Notes: generated from the sequence alone by a model not told the origin. A DNA stretch of 64,000 bases from Bosea sp. (in: a-proteobacteria) (GCF_030694325.1 NZ_JAUXYO010000053.1:2806-66805); one strand, 5' to 3'. Shown: positions 44,980 through 57,882, counted from the stretch's first letter. Numbers and translations are program-made.

Positions 44980-46425
44980 TCAGTTCAGCTCACTGCCGTC
45001 GTCATCGAGGTCACCGAGGCCGTGACGGCGCAGCTTGGCGTAGAAGCTCTGCCGGCTGAGGCCGAGCATGTTGGCGGCGGAGGCCCGGTTGTCCTTGCTC
45101 AGCTCCAGCGCCGCCTCAATGCAGAGCTTCTCGATCACGTCGGTGGTCTCTCGGACCAGATCGCGCAACGACACGCGCCCGACCAACTCCGTCAGGTCCT
45201 CGGCGGAGCGAGGCAGCAGACCGCCGCGCTGCCCGGCCAGCGCATTGCGAACGCCGAGGCTGCGGATGACGAAGCCATAGGACGGTGTGCTGCCGCTCAG
45301 CGCCGGAACGGCCGAGAGCTCGACCTCCTCGACCGTCCCGAACTGGCCGCGCATGATCGTGTTGAAGTTGCGAACGACACCGTGTTCCTTCAGCGTCACC
45401 ATCAGGAGTTGCAGGTCGATCCCGGGTCGGCCGAGCCAGCGGTCGAGCGGCTCGCCGAGCGCCTGATGCTTGCTCGAGAGCTGGGCTAGGTCGAGGAAGG
45501 CCCGGTTCGCTTCCAGCACCTTCAGCTCCGGGCTGATCACGACGAACCCGTCGGGCAACTGCTCCAGCACACCCAGGATGCGGCTTTCCGCGGCCGCACT
45601 CGCCGTGCTGTCGGCGGTGAGCGGCGTCAGCCGGATCAGCAGATAGGCCGCGTTGTCCTGCCGAAAAGACGACGCCATGGCCCGGAAGCGCTTCGCACCG
45701 GAGGCGAGCGCGATCTCCGTCTCGTCTGCCCGTCCGGTCGCCTGCACGGCCCGCAGCATCCCTTGCAGGGCTTCGCCGCTTTCAGGCACAAGCCCCGCCA
45801 GAATCGAGGTGTTGGTCAGCTTGTCGCCTGGCAGTTCGAGCTGGCTCTGCGCCGCGGGATTGGCCTCGACCACACGATAATTGGCGGCCTCGACGATCAC
45901 CACCGGCTCCGACGTGAGGTGAAATAGCATGCGATAGCGGGTTTCCGCCATCCGGAGCCGCGCATATTCGCGCTCCATCGCCTGTTGCGCCTCGACCAGC
46001 TGCTGCTGGAGGTGGGCGAGGTTACGCAGGTCGCGCCCGAGCGCGACGATGGTGCCGTCGGCGCCGACCTGCATCGCTGAATAGCGGACGGGGACGTCGG
46101 CGCCGCCCTCCGTCGGATGGTTCAGTTCGCGGAACTGGATGGAGGTCTCGCGTCCGGCATTCTCGAGCAGGTCCACGACCTTCGGCCGGCTCTCGACGGA
46201 GACGACATCGATCCAGTTGCGGCCGATCCAGTTGCGATGCCCTTCGCGCCGCAGTTCCTCCGTCCCGAGGGAGACGTCGAGGATGACGCCGTCGCGGTCC
46301 AACACGAGGGCGAGGTCGCAAGCCGCCGTGATCAGGCTCCCCGCCACATGGGGCGCGAGCCGTCCGAGCCATCCCGACTGACCCTTGAAGCCGAGTGTAG
46401 GAGCCTGGGGAGCGAAGACGTTCAT
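44980..46425 (-). CDS. ppsR: PpsR/CrtJ-family photosynthesis gene regulator (copy 2)
   Basis: 481 aa from MNVFAPQ. PAS repeats and C-terminal HTH DNRASAANMLGLSRQSFYAKLRRHGL. Confidence 0.85.
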   Translation of the reverse strand: MNVFAPQAPTLGFKGQSGWLGRLAPHVAGSLITAACDLALVLDRDGVILDVSLGTEELRREGHRNWIGRNWIDVVSVESRPKVVDLLENAGRETSIQFRELNHPTEGGADVPVRYSAMQVGADGTIVALGRDLRNLAHLQQQLVEAQQAMEREYARLRMAETRYRMLFHLTSEPVVIVEAANYRVVEANPAAQSQLELPGDKLTNTSILAGLVPESGEALQGMLRAVQATGRADETEIALASGAKRFRAMASSFRQDNAAYLLIRLTPLTADSTASAAAESRILGVLEQLPDGFVVISPELKVLEANRAFLDLAQLSSKHQALGEPLDRWLGRPGIDLQLLMVTLKEHGVVRNFNTIMRGQFGTVEEVELSAVPALSGSTPSYGFVIRSLGVRNALAGQRGGLLPRSAEDLTELVGRVSLRDLVRETTDVIEKLCIEAALELSKDNRASAANMLGLSRQSFYAKLRRHGLGDLDDDGSELN

Positions 46426-46498
46426 CACGACGAGTACCCGGTTCCTGCCTATGAGGGGCGGTCGAACGGCCTTGAGCAGATAAAGGCGTACCCGATCT

Positions 46499-47401
46499 TC
46501 AACAAGAACTCTTTTTCGTCTCGAGCATCCAATCGACACGACTGACGGCTTCCGCTGCGTCGCGCGCCCCGAGATCGGCGCCCAGCGATAACGCCAGCCC
46601 CGGATCCATGACGAACAGGTTCCCGCCCAGCATGACCCGGACGGAAGTGTTCAGCGAGGCCGCACGCACCGCCTTGACCACCGAGGCCACGCCGGCGGCG
46701 GAAACTTCGCCGCTGGCGGACAATCCCACCAGGTCGAACCATTCGGTCCGGACATGCTCGATCAGGATCGGTTTCGACGGCAGGAACTCGGACTGCACAT
46801 GCCAGCCGGCCCTTCGGAAGAACTCCTCCACCACCGCGAGCCCGAAGGTGTGCTGCTCACCGGGCACGACCGCCAGCAGGATTCGCCCACGCTCCACGAC
46901 CGGAGCGGGACTGACCTCGAAGGCCGGCCCATAGACCCGCAACAATTGCTGCAGCCGCGACAGCCCCACGGTAACGTCGACGAAGGTGCAGCGGTCCTGC
47001 TCCCAGAGCAGGCCGAGATGGCGCGCCGTCGCCGAGAGAACGCTCGTGATCACGGCCTCCGCGGAGAGGCCTCGGTCACGGAGCCCGTCGAGATGCGCGC
47101 GCGCCGCGCTCAGCGGCTGGTGCACGATCATGTCGGCGAATGCCGCGACATCGGCATCCGAGATCGTGACCGGCCCCTCGGCCACCTCGGTCGGCCGTAC
47201 CACGCCCGGCCCGCGATGCGCGAGCATCAGCCGCGGGATGATCTCCGTCTCGATCGTGCGGGCGAGGTCGGAGCGTAGCCCCGGCTGCTGCCCGACCGCA
47301 TCGAGAGGGCACCAATTGGCACCGGGAAGATCGGGCAGCCCGATCGTGTCTTCGGCATATGGCTTTCGCGCAGCCAGTAATCCGCGCCCCAAGTCAGGCA
47401 T
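46499..47401 (-). CDS. ppaA: PpaA/AerR-type cobalamin-binding antirepressor
   Basis: RBS GGGAGG. C-terminal B12-binding-domain-like LLAVVPGEQHTFGL...DLVGLSAS. Located immediately upstream of ppsR, as in other photosynthesis clusters. Confidence 0.7.
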   Translation of the reverse strand: MPDLGRGLLAARKPYAEDTIGLPDLPGANWCPLDAVGQQPGLRSDLARTIETEIIPRLMLAHRGPGVVRPTEVAEGPVTISDADVAAFADMIVHQPLSAARAHLDGLRDRGLSAEAVITSVLSATARHLGLLWEQDRCTFVDVTVGLSRLQQLLRVYGPAFEVSPAPVVERGRILLAVVPGEQHTFGLAVVEEFFRRAGWHVQSEFLPSKPILIEHVRTEWFDLVGLSASGEVSAAGVASVVKAVRAASLNTSVRVMLGGNLFVMDPGLALSLGADLGARDAAEAVSRVDWMLETKKSSC

Positions 47402-47502
47402 GAGGTCACCTCCCTCAGGCAACCGTCCGATCCAGCCAGGAACTCTGATGGTCCTGTTACGTAGTGGCCGCACCGCAGCCGACGGTCTGGAAGGCAGTTC
47501 CT

Positions 47503-47516
47503 TTGACCTATGTCAA
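47503..47516. promoter_or_regulatory. FNR/FixK-type box TTGAC-N4-GTCAA
   Basis: TTGACCTATGTCAA, centred about 108 nt upstream of the ppaA start codon. Confidence 0.4.
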
Positions 47517-47725
47517 AGAGTGAAGCACGACCTCCGCCGCTCCGCAATCGTGAAATTACTATCGATCCAATGAATACGCGCGAGAATTCAGCTGCAAAAA
47601 CAACAAAGGGACCAGCAAAACCAAGCTGATCGATGTCCCGCACCGCGAGGGCGAGACTACGGCGCCTGAGCGCATCGAGCCACTCACGAAGCGGCGATTG
47701 CACCCTAGCGCGCCTCGCTCGCCCG

Positions 47726-47777
47726 TGTCCAATAGAAATGACATCGACATGCGATAAAGTGTCATGATGAGTTGACA
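47726..47777. promoter_or_regulatory. Pair of perfect PpsR/CrtJ palindromes upstream of bchF
   Basis: TGTCCAATAGAAATGACA at 47726..47743 and TGTCATGATGAGTTGACA at 47760..47777, 34 bp start to start. The second contains a TTGACA -35-like hexamer, 80 nt from the bchF ATG. Confidence 0.65.
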
Positions 47778-47856
47778 CTCGCAGAAGCAGGCGCCAATCT
47801 CCCAGCCATCGACGCCGCGGCGATCCGCCAGCGGCGCAGCGGACCGGAGACGTCCG

Positions 47857-49661
<1,805 letters not shown>

Positions 49662-49663
49662 CA

Positions 49664-51283
49664 ATGCAGCTCACCGTCTGGACCTATGAAGGCCCCCCGC
49701 ATGTCGGCGCGATGCGGATCGCCACCGCGATGACCGACGTGCATTACGTGCTGCACGCGCCCCAGGGCGACACCTATGCCGACCTGCTCTTCACCATGAT
49801 CGAGCGGCGCGGCCAGCGCCCGCCCGTGACCTACACCACCTTCCAGGCACGCGATCTCGGCGGCGACACCGCCGATCTGTTCCAGCGCGCCGCTCTCGAC
49901 GCCTATGAGCGCTTCAGGCCGTCCGCCATGCTGGTCGGCGCCTCCTGCACCGGCGAGCTGATCCAGGACGATCCGGCCGGGCTCGCGCGAGCGCTGGGCC
50001 TGCCGATCCCGGTGATTCCGCTCGAGCTGCCCTCCTATCAGCGCAAGGAGAACTGGGGCGCGGCGGAGACCTTCTACCAGCTCGTGCGCAGCCTGGCGGG
50101 CCCGCATATGCCGGCGCCGGGCACCGCCCGCCCCGCCCGCGCGCCCGGCGAACCCGCTCGCTGCAACATCCTCGGCGCCACCGCACTCGGCTTCCGCCAC
50201 CGCGACGATGTCCGCGCCGTCAAGGATCTGCTGGCGCGGCTCGGGGTCGCCGTCAACGTCGTCGCACCCTGGCAGGCCGGCGCCGCCGACATCGCCCGGC
50301 TCGGCCAGGCCGATTTCAACATCGTGCTCTATCCCGAGATCGCGGGGCTCGCCGCGCAATGGCTCAAGCGCGCCTTCGGCCAGCCGACCATCGCCACCGT
50401 GCCGATCGGCGTCGGCGCCACCCGCGACTTCATCACCGAGGTCACCCGCCTCGCCGGCGTCGACGCCACGGAGGTCCTGGCCGACGAGACCTCGCGCCTG
50501 CCCTGGTATTCGCGCTCGGTCGATTCGACCTATCTGACCGCCAAGCGCGTCTTCGTCTTCGGAGACGCCACGCATGCCATCGCGGCGGCCCGCATCGCCA
50601 GCGACGAGCTCGGCTTCAAGGTCGTGGGCCTCGGCACCTATTCCCGCGAGCGCGCCCGCGACGTCCGCGAGGCCGCCGCCCGGCTCGGGCTCGAGGCCAT
50701 GATCACCGACGACTATCTTGAGGTCGAGGCGGCCTGCGCCGAGCTGCAGCCCGAACTCGTCCTCGGCACCCAGATGGAACGCCACATCGCCAAGCGCCTC
50801 GGCATCCCCTGCGCGGTGATCTCGGCCCCGGTCCATGTCCAGGATTTCCCGGCGCGCTACTCGCCGCAGATGGGCTTCGAGGGCGCCAACGTCATCTTCG
50901 ACGCCTGGGTCCATCCGCTGATGATGGGTCTGGAGGAACATCTGCTCGGCATGTTCCGCGACGATTTCGAGTTCAACGACGGCGCCGGTTCCTCGCATCT
51001 CGGCCACGGCGCCAAGCCTGTCATTCCGGGGCTTCGCGAAGCGAAGAACCCCGTCGTGGCCTCCGGGTTCGCCCCTGACGGGCCGCCCCGGAATGACAGC
51101 GAGAGCACAGACAGGCCGATCGTCCTCAGCTGGGCGCCCGATGCCGAACTCGAACTGAAGAAGATCCCGTTCTTCGTGCGCGGCAAGGCTCGGCGGAACA
51201 CCGAGAAATTCGCAGGCGAGCGCGGGATCAGCCCGATCACGGTGGAGACACTCTACGATGCCAAAGCCCATTTCGGCCGCTGA
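49664..51283 (+). CDS. bchB: Light-independent protochlorophyllide reductase subunit B
   Basis: Starts [23 protein letters not shown]...[13 protein letters not shown]. Confidence 0.9.
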   Translation: MQLTVWTYEGPPHVGAMRIATAMTDVHYVLHAPQGDTYADLLFTMIERRGQRPPVTYTTFQARDLGGDTADLFQRAALDAYERFRPSAMLVGASCTGELIQDDPAGLARALGLPIPVIPLELPSYQRKENWGAAETFYQLVRSLAGPHMPAPGTARPARAPGEPARCNILGATALGFRHRDDVRAVKDLLARLGVAVNVVAPWQAGAADIARLGQADFNIVLYPEIAGLAAQWLKRAFGQPTIATVPIGVGATRDFITEVTRLAGVDATEVLADETSRLPWYSRSVDSTYLTAKRVFVFGDATHAIAAARIASDELGFKVVGLGTYSRERARDVREAAARLGLEAMITDDYLEVEAACAELQPELVLGTQMERHIAKRLGIPCAVISAPVHVQDFPARYSPQMGFEGANVIFDAWVHPLMMGLEEHLLGMFRDDFEFNDGAGSSHLGHGAKPVIPGLREAKNPVVASGFAPDGPPRNDSESTDRPIVLSWAPDAELELKKIPFFVRGKARRNTEKFAGERGISPITVETLYDAKAHFGR

Positions 51284-52392
<1,109 letters not shown>

Positions 52393-52393
<1 letters not shown>

Positions 52394-53094
52394 TGGCGGA
52401 CGCCAATTACCTCCAGCGTCGCAGCGAACTGCAGACCTATTTCGACCGCACCGCGGTCGATGCCTGGGCGCGGCTGACCACGGACGCCCCCGTCAGCGGC
52501 ATCCGCGCCACGGTGCGCGCCGGCCGCGACGCCATGCGCAACAAGCTCCTGGCCTGGTTGCCCCAGGACATCCGCGGCGCCCGCATCCTCGACGCCGGCT
52601 GCGGCACCGGCGCGCTGGCCGTCGAATGCGCCCTGCGCGGCGCCCATGTCACCGCCATCGACCTGTCGCCGACGCTGGTCGCGCTGGCGCAGGATCGCAG
52701 CCCGCGCAAGCTCTGCGGCGGCTCGATCAATTTCCGCACCGGCGACATGCTCGACCCGGCGCTTGGTCGCTTCGACCATATCGTCGCGATGGACTCGCTG
52801 ATCCACTACAAGGCCGAAGACATTGTCGGCGCGCTCGCGCGGCTGGCCGAGCGGACCAGCGGCTCCATGCTCGTCACCCATGCGCCGCGCACGCCCGCGC
52901 TGACGCTGATGCACTGGGCCGGCCTTGCGTTCCCACGGGCGGACCGCGCACCTGCGATCGAGCCGGTCAGCACCCGCAGGCTCGCCTCGGCCATCGCCGG
53001 CGAACGCAGCCTCTCGCCCTGGCGCATCGGCCGCAGCGAGCGCGTGTCGAGCGCCTTCTACAAATCCCAGGCCCTGGAGCTCGTCGCCCGATGA
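52393..53094 (+). CDS. bchM: Mg-protoporphyrin IX methyltransferase
   Basis: Starts MADANYLQRRSELQTYFDRTA. SAM motif ILDAGCGTG. The start overlaps the bchL stop by 1 nt. Confidence 0.9.
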
Positions 53095-54524
53095 ACCCGG
53101 TCTCGGCCGCATTCGTGAAGGGTCTGACGCGGATCGGTCCGCGCTGGCTGCCCTTTGCCGATGCGGCCTCGCCGGAGCTTCCCCTCGGCCGGATCCTGCG
53201 CCTCTCGCTCTTCCAGGTGTCGGTGGGGATGGCGACCGTCCTGATGGTCGGCACCCTCAACCGGGTCATGATCGTCGAACTCAACGTGCCGGCGACGCTG
53301 GTGGCGGCGATGGTCTGCCTGCCCTTCCTCTTCGCACCTTTGCGCGCGCTCATCGGCCACCGTTCCGACATGCACCGCTCGGTGCTGGGCTGGCGCCGTG
53401 TGCCCTATATCTGGTTCGGCTCGCTGCTGCAGTTCGGCGGGCTCGCGATCATGCCCTTCGCGCTGCTGGTTCTTTCCGGAGATGGCGTCGGCCCGGTGCT
53501 CTACGGCCAGATCGGCGCCGCGCTCGCCTTCCTGCTCGTCGGGGCCGGGCTCCACACCACGCAGACGGCGGGCCTCGCGCTGGCTACCGACCTCGCCACG
53601 CCGGCGACACGCGCCCGCGTCGTCGCCCTCCTCTACGTGACGCTGCTGCTGGGCATGGTCGCGAGCGGACTGGTCTTCGCCTGGCTGCTCGCCGATTTCA
53701 CGCCCCTGCGCCTGATCCAGGTGGTACAGGGCGCCGCCGTCGTCACCATGGTGCTGAACGTCGTCGCGCTCTGGAAGCAGGAGGTCCGCAACCCCTCTCT
53801 GACCCGGGCCGATCGCGAGCGGCCACCCTTCGCGGTAACGCTGCGCCGCTTCGTCGCCCGGCCGGGAGCGACGCGCTTCCTCGTCACCGTGGCGCTCGGC
53901 ACGGCCGCGTTCAACATGCAGGACATCATCCTCGAGCCCTATGGCGCGCAGGTGCTGAAGCTCAGTGTCAGCGGCACCACGGTCCTGACCGCGCTGCTCG
54001 CCATCGGCGCGCTCGCCGCCTTCGCGCTGGCGGCGCGCGCCCTGAATGCGGGCTTCGATCCGCACCGGATCGCCGCGCTCGGGCTGGTCTGCGGCCTCGT
54101 CGCTTTTCCCAGCGTGATCTTCGCGGGCGCGATCGAGGCGCCCGGCCTGTTCCGCTTCGGCACGGTGCTGATCGGCTTCGGCGGCGGGCTCTTCGCGGTC
54201 AGCACGCTGACGATCGCGATGGATCTCGACGACGGCCCGCAGAACGGGTTGGCGGTCGGCATCTGGGGCGCCGTGCAGGCCACTGCGGCCGGGCTCGCCA
54301 TCGCGCTGGGCGGCGCCATCCGGGACGGCTTCGGCGCGCTCGCGGCCAGCGGCACGCTCGGCCCCGGCTTCTCGGACCCGGCCGCCGCCTACAATGCCGT
54401 CTACCACATCGAGGTCGCGCTGCTCTTCGCCACGCTGGTTGCCATCGGCCCGCTGGTGCGCAGCGCCGCCGTCGCGCGACCCGTTTCCTCGACCCGTTTC
54501 GGCCTGGCGGAGTTTCCAGGGTGA
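53091..54524 (+). CDS. lhaA: LH1 assembly protein LhaA (PucC/BCD family)
   Basis: 477 aa, 12 TM segments, LFQVSVGMATVLMVGTLNRVMIVEL. Lies between bchM and puhA. ATGA overlap with bchM. Confidence 0.85.
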   Translation: MNPVSAAFVKGLTRIGPRWLPFADAASPELPLGRILRLSLFQVSVGMATVLMVGTLNRVMIVELNVPATLVAAMVCLPFLFAPLRALIGHRSDMHRSVLGWRRVPYIWFGSLLQFGGLAIMPFALLVLSGDGVGPVLYGQIGAALAFLLVGAGLHTTQTAGLALATDLATPATRARVVALLYVTLLLGMVASGLVFAWLLADFTPLRLIQVVQGAAVVTMVLNVVALWKQEVRNPSLTRADRERPPFAVTLRRFVARPGATRFLVTVALGTAAFNMQDIILEPYGAQVLKLSVSGTTVLTALLAIGALAAFALAARALNAGFDPHRIAALGLVCGLVAFPSVIFAGAIEAPGLFRFGTVLIGFGGGLFAVSTLTIAMDLDDGPQNGLAVGIWGAVQATAAGLAIALGGAIRDGFGALAASGTLGPGFSDPAAAYNAVYHIEVALLFATLVAIGPLVRSAAVARPVSSTRFGLAEFPG

Positions 54525-54563
54525 CCGCGACCCGACCGAAGACCCTGCAAGGAGGGCTCTCTG

Positions 54564-55340
54564 ATGCGTGAGATCATGGGATATATCGACGTCGCCCAGG
54601 TCACGATCTGGCTGTTCTGGATCTTCTTTGCCGGGCTCGTGGTCTATCTGCGCCGCGAGGACCGGCGCGAAGGCTACCCCCTCGAATCCGACACCCATCC
54701 CGGTAAGTTCCTGTCGCCGAGCCTGATCTTCTATCCGGCTCCCAAGACCTTCCGTCTCTCCAACGGCACCTCGGTGCAGGCGCCGACCGGCCGGCCCGAC
54801 GGACGGGTCCTCGCCGCACGGCCGACCGCGAAGTTCCCCGGCGCGCCGCTGGCGCCGACCGGCACCAACCCCATGCTGGATTCGATCGGTCCCGGTTCCT
54901 GGGCCGAACGGGCCGACGCGCCGGAGATGACCTACGACAACCACATCAAGATCCTGCCCGTGCGGGTCGCCACCGGCTACGCCTGCTCGGCCTATGAGGA
55001 CCCGCGCGGCTACGACGTCATCGGCGCCGACATGAAGGTCGCCGGCAAGGTGGTCGATCTCTGGGTCGACCGCTCGGAGGCCCTGATCCGCTATTTCGAG
55101 GTCGCCCTGCCCGGCGGCGGCACCGTGCTGCTGCCCAACACCTTCTCCGACATCAAGCGTGGGGTGAAACCGGGCGTCGGCCGCATCAAGGTCGAGGCGC
55201 TGCTCGCGAGCCAGTTCGCCGACGTGCCCGCGATCCGCAAGCCCGATTCCGTCACGAGGCTCGAGGAGGAGAAGATCTGCGCCTATTACGGCGCCGGCAC
55301 CCTCTACGCGACGCCCCACCGCGCGGAGCCGCTGCTATGA
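54564..55340 (+). CDS. puhA: Photosynthetic reaction centre H subunit
   Basis: RBS AAGGAGG. N-terminal TM segment and LRREDRREGYPLE. PRC-barrel-like C-terminus. Confidence 0.9.
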   Translation: MREIMGYIDVAQVTIWLFWIFFAGLVVYLRREDRREGYPLESDTHPGKFLSPSLIFYPAPKTFRLSNGTSVQAPTGRPDGRVLAARPTAKFPGAPLAPTGTNPMLDSIGPGSWAERADAPEMTYDNHIKILPVRVATGYACSAYEDPRGYDVIGADMKVAGKVVDLWVDRSEALIRYFEVALPGGGTVLLPNTFSDIKRGVKPGVGRIKVEALLASQFADVPAIRKPDSVTRLEEEKICAYYGAGTLYATPHRAEPLL

Positions 55341-56002
55341 GCCACGACGATTTCGCCTTCGAGCCGATTCCCGGCCTGCCCGCTTGCCCTCCGGAGGGCG
55401 AGACCATCCTCTGGCAGGGTGGGCCCGACTGGCGCGGCCTCGCCTGGCGCGCCTTCCATCTGCGCGAGGTCGCCTTCTACTTCGCCGCCCTCGTTGCCGC
55501 CCAGCCGGTCCTGGCGCTGATCCAGGGCACGCCGCTCGCCGCCACGCTGCTGCCGATGACCTGGATCGCGCTGGCCGGCAGCGCCGCCTGCGGCGTGCTG
55601 GGGACGCTCGCCTGGCTCGCCGCCCGCGGCACCGTCTACACCATCACCAGCCGGCGGCTGGTGATGCGCTTCGGCATCGCCCTGCCGATGACGATCAACC
55701 TGCCTTTCACGCTCATAGCCGGGGCCGGCCTCAAGCTGCGTCGCAGCGGCGCGGGCGACATTCCGGTCGCCCTCGTCCCGGGGCAGCGGGTCTCCTACAT
55801 CGTGATGTGGCCGCATGCGCGGCCCTGGCGCCTGGCGCGGCCGGAGCCGATGCTGCGGGAACTGCCCGAGGCGAAGCGCGCCGCGGACATCCTGGCCCGC
55901 GCCCTTTCGGTCCACGCCGGCGCCGTCGTCCCCGCACGCCTGCCGGCTGCGGGCGCCGCGAACGACCAGCGCCTGCCGCAGGGCATGGCGGCGGCGGGTT
56001 GA
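55337..56002 (+). CDS. puhB: Photosynthetic complex assembly protein PuhB
   Basis: 221 aa. ATGA overlap with puhA. PuhB-like N-terminus FEPIPGLP...ILWQGGPDW. Confidence 0.8.
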   Translation: MSHDDFAFEPIPGLPACPPEGETILWQGGPDWRGLAWRAFHLREVAFYFAALVAAQPVLALIQGTPLAATLLPMTWIALAGSAACGVLGTLAWLAARGTVYTITSRRLVMRFGIALPMTINLPFTLIAGAGLKLRRSGAGDIPVALVPGQRVSYIVMWPHARPWRLARPEPMLRELPEAKRAADILARALSVHAGAVVPARLPAAGAANDQRLPQGMAAAG

Positions 56003-56015
56003 GGAGGCCGGGACG

Positions 56016-56489
56016 ATGAGCGACACCGCCCTTCCCCCGCCAACATCCGCCAGCCTGTCGCCACCGCGCTGGGCGCTGGTCGGCATGGCCCTGCTGGTGG
56101 TGGCGACGATCGCCATCGCCGGCCTCGCCCGGCAGACCGGCATCGGCGCCACCGGCATTCCCGACAGCCCGACCGTCGCCCGAGCCGATCTGCGCTTCGA
56201 GGACCGGGAGGACGGCTCCGTCCTGGTTCGCGACGGTTCCGGCCGGGTGCTCGAGACGATCGCCGTCGGGGCCGACGGCTTCATCCGCGGCACGATGCGC
56301 AGCCTGGCGCGCCAGCGCAAACAGGCCGGCCTGCCGCGGGACCTGCCCTTTCTTCTGGAGCGCCGCGAGAATGGCCGCCTCAGCCTGAGCGATCCCGCGA
56401 CAGGCGCCCGCATCGAGCTCGACGCCTTCGGCACCGGCAACGCCGCCACCTTCGCGCGCTTCCTGGCTTCTCGGGAGAACCGCTCATGA
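56016..56489 (+). CDS. puhC: Photosynthetic complex assembly protein PuhC
   Basis: 157 aa with RBS GAGGAGG, a single TM segment and FIRGTMRSLARQR. Confidence 0.8.
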   Translation: MSDTALPPPTSASLSPPRWALVGMALLVVATIAIAGLARQTGIGATGIPDSPTVARADLRFEDREDGSVLVRDGSGRVLETIAVGADGFIRGTMRSLARQRKQAGLPRDLPFLLERRENGRLSLSDPATGARIELDAFGTGNAATFARFLASRENRS

Positions 56490-56806
56490 CCGACTTCACT
56501 CTGACGGACAGAACCATGGCCGAGCCGAAACAGTTCGATGTCGGCTGCACCATCGAGGTGTCCCACACCTTCGAGAGTCTGCACGCCCATGTGACGCTCG
56601 ACGGCGACATCAAGATCCGCCCCGGCGACGAGGTCATCGTCCATGGCGAGCCGATCAAGGTTCCCTATGGCGAGGTCCAGACCTTCCGCCGCGTCGCGAC
56701 CGTCAAGCGCGCCGGCTGGCTCGAGCAGCTCTGGACCAGGATCACCGGCCGCGCCGAATTCATGGAGCTGCTCGAATTCAGCTTCTCGGAAAGGACCAAG
56801 CTATGA
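56486..56806 (+). CDS. Conserved photosynthesis-cluster ORF upstream of acsF (BciE-like cyclase accessory protein by position)
   Basis: 106 aa soluble protein with ATGA overlaps to both puhC and acsF. It occupies the position of the small ORF reported to be needed for AcsF activity in alphaproteobacteria; this is recalled from the literature, not aligned. Confidence 0.55.
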   Translation: MTDFTLTDRTMAEPKQFDVGCTIEVSHTFESLHAHVTLDGDIKIRPGDEVIVHGEPIKVPYGEVQTFRRVATVKRAGWLEQLWTRITGRAEFMELLEFSFSERTKL

Positions 56807-57882
56807 CCGCTGCAACCCTTTCGGCCGGCGCCATGCGCGCGGCCCCCAACGAAGCCACCCGCATGGCCCAGCAGGACACCATGCTGACGCCGCGCTTCTA
56901 CACCACCGATTTCGAAGAGCTCGACAAGATTGACGTCACGCCCGTCCGCGCCGAATGGGACCTGCTGATCGCCGAGATGAAGAGCGACCCCAACAAGGGT
57001 CACTTCACCCGCAACGCCGACTGGAAGCTCGAGCTCGAGAAGATCCCCGAACCCCTGCGCAAAGAGTTCATCGACTTCCTGGTCTCGTCGCTGACGGCGG
57101 AGTTTTCCGGCTGCGTGCTCTATGCCGAGATGCGCAAGCGCGGCACCAACCCCGACATCTGCGAGCTGTTCAAATAGATGCGCCGCGACGAGGCCCGCCA
57201 TGCCGGCTTCATCAACGACGCGCTCAAGGAATTCAGCATCGGCGTCGATCTCGGCTTCCTGACCAAGGCCAAGAAATACACCTTCTTCAAACCGAAGTTC
57301 ATCTTCTACGCGACCTATCTCTCCGAGAAGATCGGTTATGCCCGCTACATCACCATCTACCGGCACCTCGAGCGTAACCCCGACAAGTGCTTCCACCCGA
57401 TCTTCAAATGGTTCCGCGAGTGGTGCAACGACGAGTTCCGCCATGGCGAGGCCTTCTCGCTGCTGATGCGGGCGAACCCGCATCTGCTCACAGGCGGCAA
57501 CAAGCTCTGGGTGCGCTTCTTCCTACTCGCCGTCTACGCGACGATGTATGTGCGCGACCATGTCCGGCCGGAATTCCACAAGGCGCTCGACATCGATCCG
57601 ACGCAGTATGATTTCGAGGTCTACCGCATCACCTCGGAGATCTCGCGCCAGGTCTTCCCGGTCGTCCTCGACACCGACAATCCGAAGTTCCGCGCCGGGC
57701 TCGAGCGGGTCCGCATCCTCGCCGGCAAGATCGCAGAGGCCGCCGAGCAGGGCGGGCTCGCCGCGCAGCTCAGGATGCGCGCCTATCAGGCCCAGGTCGG
57801 CTACGTCCTGCTCAAGCTCTATCTGCTGCCGACGATCAAGAACGAGATCCCCCGCACCAGCCGGCTCCAGCCGGCCTATTGA
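56803..57882 (+). pseudogene. acsF: Aerobic Mg-protoporphyrin IX monomethyl ester cyclase AcsF interrupted by an in-frame TAG at 57175..57177
   Basis: ORFs 56803..57177 and 57178..57882 share one frame and read ...[47 protein letters not shown]... The combined length of about 358 aa equals an intact AcsF. Confidence 0.8.
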
